A stretch of 64,000 nt of DNA from an uncultured Solirubrobacterales bacterium (GTDB lineage: Bacteria; Actinomycetota; Thermoleophilia; Solirubrobacterales; Solirubrobacteraceae): the NCBI GenBank assembly GCA_963724405.1, contig CAVRUQ010000003.1:1722140-1786139 (forward strand), in the 5' to 3' direction. The stretch's first letter is position 1. Each line of letters begins with the position of its first letter. The notes beneath the pieces are model-generated. The model saw nothing but the letters and a program-made list of their open reading frames with translations, was not told the origin of the DNA and did no database searches. The position numbers and the translations under genes are program-made. Shown here piece after piece: positions 58,823 through 64,000 of this stretch.

Positions 58823-59010
58823 CGCTTTACGATCATAGCAATAGGTAAAGCAGTAGGCGGCGGGCGTGACGGTCATCCTGCTCGCTGCAACTGTCCCGTT
58901 CACAGACCATGTGATGCCGCCGAATGGATGCAGGTTCGCGAGGCCGTGCTGGAACGCGAAGGTGCCCATCGGCCCGATCCGGCCCATGCGGACTCTGAAG
59001 CATCCGGCCC

Positions 59011-59149
59011 CACCAACGCCGAGGGCCGCCATCACGCGCGGCCTTCGGGTCTCTGGTCGGCCTCCGTGCGGGCCCTTTCGGGTCTCGCGCTGCGGTCGGC
59101 CGGGGTAGCGGGGGCGGGATTCGAACCGGCGACCTTCGGGTTGTGAGCC
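59011..59149 (-). repeat. Repeat C: hairpin flank plus degenerate tRNA-fMet 3-prime half
   Basis: CCACCAACGCCGAGGGCCGCCATCACGCGCGGCCTTCGGGTCTCTGGTCGGCCTCCGTGCGGGCCCTTTCGGG...GGTAGCGGGGGCGGGATTCGAACCGGCGACCTTCGGGTTGTGAGCC. The anticodon loop is mutated (CTCACAA). Confidence 0.8.
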
Positions 59150-59279
59150 AGAACGCGTGCCGGGATCGCTGCGGTCGAGCGTGACCGTGACGCTTCCTGC
59201 TTCCCGCGCTTGACGATCCGCAGACGCGCCGCAGGTCGCCCCAACCGACCGCTAACCGACGCTTTCTGCGGCGTGCCCG

Positions 59280-60401
59280 GTGGACCGCGCGATCACCGGC
59301 TGCGTCCGCTCTCCGGCGCGGGGCGCGATCAGGGCCACCGTCAGCGCGGCCCCGACGCCGGCGAAGCCCGCGCCGAGGACCGGTCGATTCGCCGGCCTGT
59401 TTGTCGTCATCTGGTGGGTCTGGGTCGCCCTCACCACCTACGCCGATCGATTCGGCACCGAAGACGGGTTCAACCGCGTCGCCATGCTCGTGGCGATGCT
59501 CCTGGCCAGCGCGCTGGCCGCCTCCGTGCCCGGTGCGTTTGCCGGGCACACGGCGCCCTTCGCGATCGCCTATACGCTGCTCGAGTGCGAGGAGGTGGCG
59601 CTGTACGAGCGCGCCCGCCGACAGGTGATCGCGGTCCGCGAACTCCACCGCCGCTATGTCTTGACAGGCGTCGTGAGCCTGGGCTTCTGGCTGGCGTCGC
59701 TCACGCTCGTCGGCACTGGGCGATACACGCTATGGGCGATCGCCATCGCCATCGAGATGGCCAATCCATGGCTCAGCCTGAAGGCGTCCCGCCCGGCGCC
59801 GCATAACGCCTCTCACCTGCCCGAGCGCTTCGGCACCTTCATCCTCATCGTGCTCGGCGAGTCGGTCGCGCGGCTCGTCAGCGCCGCCGCACAGCGGCCG
59901 TGGACCGTGGCGCTGTGCGTAGTGCTCGCCGCCGCGTTTGCAATCGTCGCAGGCCTGTGGTGGATTTCCTTCGGCGCCATCGACCATGGCTCGGTCCGGC
60001 GCGGTCGGCGAGCGACCTTGGCCTACATGTACACGCAGTTGCCGATGGTGGCCGGCATCGCAGCCGCGAGCGCCGGCCTGCATCGCGCCATCCTTGCGGC
60101 CGCGGGAGCCGGCCCGATCGCGATGGGCCCCCGAGCAGCGCTGTACGGCGGCGTGGGCCTGTATCTGCTTGCCGCGGGCGCCTCGGCGTCTCAACACGGC
60201 CGCCGGCGCGCTCGGCGGGTCCGTTTGGCCGCGGCCGTGTCGTCCTTCGGACTCATCTTGATGGGCGCGATCGTCGCACCCGTCTATCTCGTCCCGGCCC
60301 TCACGGTCGTCGTGCTCGTCGCGATCGCGCTCGATGCGCCGCGCCGCCGTGATCCCGAGCCGGTGCGTCGAGTCGGGTCACTCGCGCTCGCGCGGGCGTA
60401 G
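59280..60401 (+). CDS. LtrA (low temperature requirement A) family membrane protein, apparently N-terminally truncated
   Basis: IWWVWVALTTYADRFGTEDGFNR and LPERFGTFILIVLGE motifs of the LtrA/DUF1211 family. The first two TM helices expected upstream of the IWW motif are missing. The ORF begins within 130 nt of repeat C. Confidence 0.6.
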   Translation: MDRAITGCVRSPARGAIRATVSAAPTPAKPAPRTGRFAGLFVVIWWVWVALTTYADRFGTEDGFNRVAMLVAMLLASALAASVPGAFAGHTAPFAIAYTLLECEEVALYERARRQVIAVRELHRRYVLTGVVSLGFWLASLTLVGTGRYTLWAIAIAIEMANPWLSLKASRPAPHNASHLPERFGTFILIVLGESVARLVSAAAQRPWTVALCVVLAAAFAIVAGLWWISFGAIDHGSVRRGRRATLAYMYTQLPMVAGIAAASAGLHRAILAAAGAGPIAMGPRAALYGGVGLYLLAAGASASQHGRRRARRVRLAAAVSSFGLILMGAIVAPVYLVPALTVVVLVAIALDAPRRRDPEPVRRVGSLALARA

Positions 60402-60469
60402 GGGCCCCGGGCATGGATCCCGGTCAAGCGACCTCGCGGCAACATCGGCCGGCAGGGCTCCTGTGAACG

Positions 60470-60645
60470 ACAAGTGGCGCGGTGGCCGAGATCGGATCAT
60501 CCTCCGCGACGGGCGTCAGCGCGGCGCCGTCGTCTCGGGCACCGCAGTGGTGGCCAGCCCGACGCTCAACCCGGCGGACGCCACCGTCGAGGTCAAGCCC
60601 AAGGACAATCCGAAGCAAGTAGTCATCGCGATCCTCATCGGCTGA
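60470..60645 (+). pseudogene. Gene fragment paralogous to the 3-prime end of the 53808-54389 gene
   Basis: About 80% nucleotide identity over ~170 nt, including the stop codon (IILRDGRQRGAVVSGTAVVASPTLNPADATVEVKPKDNPKQVVIAILIG). The upstream part of the listed ORF (60334-) lacks homology. Confidence 0.5.
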
Positions 60646-60852
60646 GGACGCCGGCCGGGCGCCGCCTGCCCGCTCTTCTCTACGTGGGGAACGTCCTGCA
60701 TGGCCGTGGCGCGGCGGGCGCTGATCTCGAGACACCGAAGGCCACTCTTTCCCGGTCTGGCTCGGTGTCGGTCGGTCCCGGGTGGACTCGATGCCGCCGT
60801 CAGCTCTGGCGGCGCGGCGGCGGTATGAAGTCTGAACCGTAGAATCGCGGCC

Positions 60853-61254
60853 ATGCCGTTCACGCTCAGGAACCTCAGGGAGGATCTGCCGGACGTCGGG
60901 TCCAACTTCGACGGCGCACCGGACCTGGAGTTCCGCCCCGCGACTAAGGCGCTCGAGCTCGAGCAGTCCGGCCTGAGCTATCAGCGCATCCCGCCCGACT
61001 ACCGGTTCCCATACGGCCACACGCACGCGGAGCAGGAGGAGGTGTTCGTGGTCCTCGGCGGGAGCGGGCGGATGAAGCTCGACGACGAGATCGTCGAGGT
61101 GAAGAACTGGGACGTCGTGCGCGTTCCGCCCGGTACATGGCGAGGGTACGAGGCCGGGCCGGAGGGCCTCGAGATCCTCGTCTTCGGCGCGCCCAACGTC
61201 GGCGAGAACCCGCGGGAAGACGTGGAAGGTCAGCGAGACTGGTGGGCTGACTGA
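60853..61254 (+). CDS. Cupin domain protein
   Basis: Cupin motif 1 (GHTHAEQEEVFVVLGGSG) and motif 2 (GTWRGYEAG). 133 aa. Confidence 0.7.
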   Translation: MPFTLRNLREDLPDVGSNFDGAPDLEFRPATKALELEQSGLSYQRIPPDYRFPYGHTHAEQEEVFVVLGGSGRMKLDDEIVEVKNWDVVRVPPGTWRGYEAGPEGLEILVFGAPNVGENPREDVEGQRDWWAD

Positions 61255-61373
61255 GCGTCGCCCGGCGGATGGTCGGCGGTTGCTTTCGCGGAACCGGCTC
61301 GCGTCGTGGCGTGCCTCCTGGCCGATGTTCGACATCCGTTGTTTGACACGTGCCCAATTCGGCCGCCTCCCGA

Positions 61374-61465
61374 GAACGCCGAAGGCCGCCCTCGCGGGCG
61401 GCCTTCGGGTCTCTGGTCGGCCTCCGTGCGGGCCCGTTCGGGCCTCGCGCCTCGGTCGGCCGGGA
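61374..61465 (-). repeat. Repeat D flank: conserved double-hairpin sequence immediately downstream of the intact tRNA-fMet
   Basis: GAAGGCCGCCCTCGCGGGCGGCCTTC perfect 11-bp stem plus the GGCCCGTTCGGGCC hairpin. The same block recurs in repeats A-C. Probably acts as the tRNA terminator. Confidence 0.75.
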
Positions 61466-61539
<74 letters not shown>

Positions 61540-61647
61540 TCGCTGCTTACGTTTTAGCACAACATCTGCGCCCTGAACAACCGGACCGGACGCCGATCGG
61601 GGCGTCGACCGGCTCCGTGCGCAGGCCATTCGCGGCCCCCGGCTACG

Positions 61648-62580
61648 ATGCCCCGCGTGCACGTGGCGGTCGTCGATATCGGGACCAACTCCACCCGCCT
61701 GCTCGTCGCCGACGTCCGGGACGACGGCGGAGTCGACGAGCTGGTGCGCCGTTCGGAGGTGACGCGGCTCGGCGAGGGAGTGGACGCAACCGGCACCCTG
61801 AGCGAGGAGGCCATGAGTCGCGTCTTCGCCGTGCTCGACGACTACCGGCTTGCGATCGACGAGCACGGCGTTCAGGCCAACCTCGCGGTCCTCACCAGTG
61901 CCGTTCGCGACGCGGCCAATGGCGCGCAATTCACCGCGCGCGTCCGCGAGGAATACGGTCTCGACGCGCGCACGCTTTCCGGCGACGAAGAGGCCGCGCT
62001 CACGTTCCTCGGAGCGACGAGCGAGCGTGACGACGTGACGGAGCCGCTCGTCGTCATCGACATCGGCGGCGGCTCGACCGAGTTCGTCGTCGGCGAAGGG
62101 CACCACGCGTCCTTTCACGTCTCGACCCAGGCGGGCGTGGTGCGGATGAGCGAGCGTCACATCCATTCGGACCCGCCGCGCCCGGAGGAGCTGCAGGCGC
62201 TCGAGGCGGACACGCACGAGGTGTTCGAGGCTGCGCTGCCCGAGGCGGAGCGACGGCGGGTCACCGAGGGCATCGCCGTTGCGGGGACGGCGACGTCGGC
62301 GGCCGCGATCGAGCTCGAGCTCGAGCCGTACGACCCCAAGCGGGTGCACGGGTACCGGCTGCTGCTCGCGACGGTCGAGCTGCTGCTCGCGCGCCTCGCC
62401 GCGATGACCGACGACGAACGGCGTCGCGTCGCCGGTCTGCATCCCGAGCGGGCGCCAACGATCGTGGCCGGGATGATCCTGCTCGCCGAGGCGATGCGGG
62501 CGTTCGGGCTCAGCGCCGTCGAGGTCTCCGAGCACGACATCCTGCGCGGCGGCGCGCTGCGCCTCGCCGGGCGCGGCTGA
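61648..62580 (+). CDS. Ppx/GppA family phosphatase (exopolyphosphatase / guanosine pentaphosphate phosphohydrolase)
   Basis: ASKHA-fold motifs VAVVDIGTNSTRLLVA and VIDIGGGSTEF. Confidence 0.85.
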   Translation: MPRVHVAVVDIGTNSTRLLVADVRDDGGVDELVRRSEVTRLGEGVDATGTLSEEAMSRVFAVLDDYRLAIDEHGVQANLAVLTSAVRDAANGAQFTARVREEYGLDARTLSGDEEAALTFLGATSERDDVTEPLVVIDIGGGSTEFVVGEGHHASFHVSTQAGVVRMSERHIHSDPPRPEELQALEADTHEVFEAALPEAERRRVTEGIAVAGTATSAAAIELELEPYDPKRVHGYRLLLATVELLLARLAAMTDDERRRVAGLHPERAPTIVAGMILLAEAMRAFGLSAVEVSEHDILRGGALRLAGRG

Positions 62581-62690
62581 AGCGGCCGGGGCGGGGAGAC
62601 CGGGGCCCGGCGACCGGCGACCGGCGACCGGCGGTGATGCGGCTACCCCCGCGCGCGGGCCGCGGGGACGCCCAAATCGGGCCGCGCGCG

Positions 62691-62738
62691 GGAAGTTTGG
62701 TCGATCTTGTCGCACCAGCAAAGAAGATCGACCAAACT
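62691..62738. promoter_or_regulatory. 17-bp perfect inverted repeat (GAAGTTTGGTCGATCTT ... AAGATCGACCAAACTTC) with a 14-nt spacer
   Basis: Read directly from the sequence. Lies in a 750-bp convergent intergenic region. Could be a bidirectional terminator or a regulator operator. Confidence 0.5.
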
Positions 62739-63332
62739 TCGAGCGAGAGCTGGCTCCCCGCCGCAAACCCGAACGCGCGCCGCCCGCCGCACCCGCCCCG
62801 GACGCGCCCCGGACGCGCCCCGAAACACGCACGCCCCCCGAACGCGCCCCGCCCCCAAACGCGCCCCACCCACCGAACGCGCCCCGCCCCCCGCACCCGC
62901 CCCGCCCGCCCCGCCTGCCGACCAGCGCGCGCCCCGACTCGCAGCCCCCACCACCTCCGCGCTTCAAGTCGCGCCAACCGACCCGCCAGCGACCAGCGCC
63001 CAAACCCTCCCGCACACCAAATCTCCCGCAAATACGGGGAACGACTGGACGTATGTACGATTGCTGGCCAGCCAGCCAGCCCGGATACTCCCCTCATCGA
63101 CGGGCATGGCGAGCTTGCTTGCCGTTCCCGCTGATCATAGGTTCGGGCGTATTTGCCGCCTCGTGCGGCACCTCCCGCCGTCCGAACCACACCACCCGGC
63201 CCCTCATAGGTACGTACCCCTGCCCGTCCTTGGGGCCAGCTTTGAAGGCCGCCCGTGAGGGCGGCCTTCAGGCTTTCGAGACCGGGCGCGCCGCGCCCGG
63301 GCACGACCCGCGGCGGCGCTTGCGCGACGACC

Positions 63333-64000
63333 TCACGCCAGGTTCGCGCGCCGCGGGTACGCGATGCTCGGATCCGTGAGCACGTTGACGAGCGCCGGGC
63401 GCCCGGCCTCGAACGCCCGCGCGAGCGCCGGCTTGAGGTCCTCGGGACGCTCGACGAGCTCGCCGTGGCCGCCGAGGGCCTCGACGACCTGGTCGTAACG
63501 CGTGCCCGGGCGCAGGTCGGCGGCGACGGAGTAGCCGTAGAGGAACTCCATCGGGTGCTTCTCGAGCGCCCAGATCCCGTTGTTGCCCATCACCCCGACC
63601 ACGTCGACTCCGTGCCGGGCCAACGTGTCGAACTCCAGGCCCGAGAAGCCGAACGCGCCGTCGCCGAGCAGGAGCACGACCTGGCGGTCGGGATGCGCGA
63701 GCTTGGCCGCGAGGGCATACCCGGGGCCCGAGCCGAGGCATCCGAACGGACCGGGATCAAGCCAGCACCCCGGCTCGTAGCTGTCGATCACCCGCCCGGC
63801 GTACGAGACGAAGTCGCCGCCGTCGCCGACGATGATCGCGTTGCGGTCGAGCACCTCCCCGAGCTCCCGGTACAGCCGCATCGGATGCAGCGGCGAGCGT
63901 CCGTCCGCGCGCTCGGCCTCCTCGCCGGCGCGCTTGTCCGTCTCGCCGGCGCGCAGGCGCTGCAGCCACGCCGCCGTTTCGAGCGGACCGCCCCCGGCCG
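63333..64000 (-). CDS. Thiamine-pyrophosphate-dependent enzyme, C-terminal TPP-binding domain (partial, continues beyond the window end)
   Basis: GDGGDF...[15 protein letters not shown]...NNGIW TPP-binding motif (G-D-G-x24-27-N-N). The reading frame stays open upstream to position 64000 with no stop. Confidence 0.7.
   Translation of the reverse strand, partial: AGGGPLETAAWLQRLRAGETDKRAGEEAERADGRSPLHPMRLYRELGEVLDRNAIIVGDGGDFVSYAGRVIDSYEPGCWLDPGPFGCLGSGPGYALAAKLAHPDRQVVLLLGDGAFGFSGLEFDTLARHGVDVVGVMGNNGIWALEKHPMEFLYGYSVAADLRPGTRYDQVVEALGGHGELVERPEDLKPALARAFEAGRPALVNVLTDPSIAYPRRANLA

Noticed and set aside
59210-59806. 198-aa plus-strand ORF that might be an LtrA N-terminus in another frame
   Set aside because: - Its translation has no LtrA-like or membrane character.
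- So the LtrA gene is treated as truncated rather than frameshifted.
62634-63304. Pro/Ala/Arg-rich ORFs in the 62.6-63.3 kb intergenic region
   Set aside because: They are translations of C-rich degenerate repeats, with no start context or motifs.

Overview
This is a very high-GC (about 70%+) actinobacterial-type chromosomal segment. No CRISPR array, IS transposase or integrase is visible.

I support about 65 coding sequences from motif-level reading of the supplied ORF translations. Many long antisense ORFs are GC-driven artefacts and were rejected.

Positions 1 to about 49.7 kb are ordinary chromosome. They hold metabolism genes (thiolase, FprA-type reductase, L-2-hydroxyglutarate oxidase, FAH hydrolase, BVMO). 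Secreted hydrolases (S8 and S1 proteases, LIP-type lipase, DUF3089 esterase, DLH) are interleaved with many TetR, MarR, AraC, HxlR and ArsR regulators. There are also MFS and APC transporters, two GT39 (PMT-like) glycosyltransferases, an NfeD-like plus flotillin pair, and xthA. A divergent stand-alone LigD polymerase domain and type IB topoisomerase pair sits next to an ankyrin-repeat protein and an APH-like kinase.

Positions 50.8 to 61.5 kb are the most striking part. One intact initiator tRNA-fMet gene lies at 61466-61539 on the minus strand. It is preceded by four additional, progressively degenerate direct copies of its 3-prime half (anticodon stem to acceptor end). Most copies also carry a conserved ~90-nt flank of two GC hairpins. 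These copies are at about 50785-50860, 54762-54893, 58078-58216 and 59011-59149. All are in the tRNA orientation. They delimit four small cargo segments of 3.9, 3.2, 0.85 and 2.2 kb. This looks like tandem site-specific insertions at the tRNA-fMet anticodon-stem crossover site, with no integrase left in the window.

Cargo in these segments includes an uncharacterised 701-aa protein with an internal tandem domain duplication, a DUF1360 protein, a signal-peptide and C-terminal TM-anchored protein (with a partial duplicate in a later segment), beta-carbonic anhydrase, MFS and HxlR genes, a 0.85-kb segment consisting only of an AbrB-type antitoxin and PIN toxin pair, an N-terminally truncated LtrA gene abutting a repeat, and a cupin.

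A second VapBC-like pair flanks the array on the left. A 750-bp convergent intergenic region at the right end carries a 17-bp perfect inverted repeat and C-rich degenerate repeats.

All functional calls are inferred from sequence motifs only. No database search was possible.
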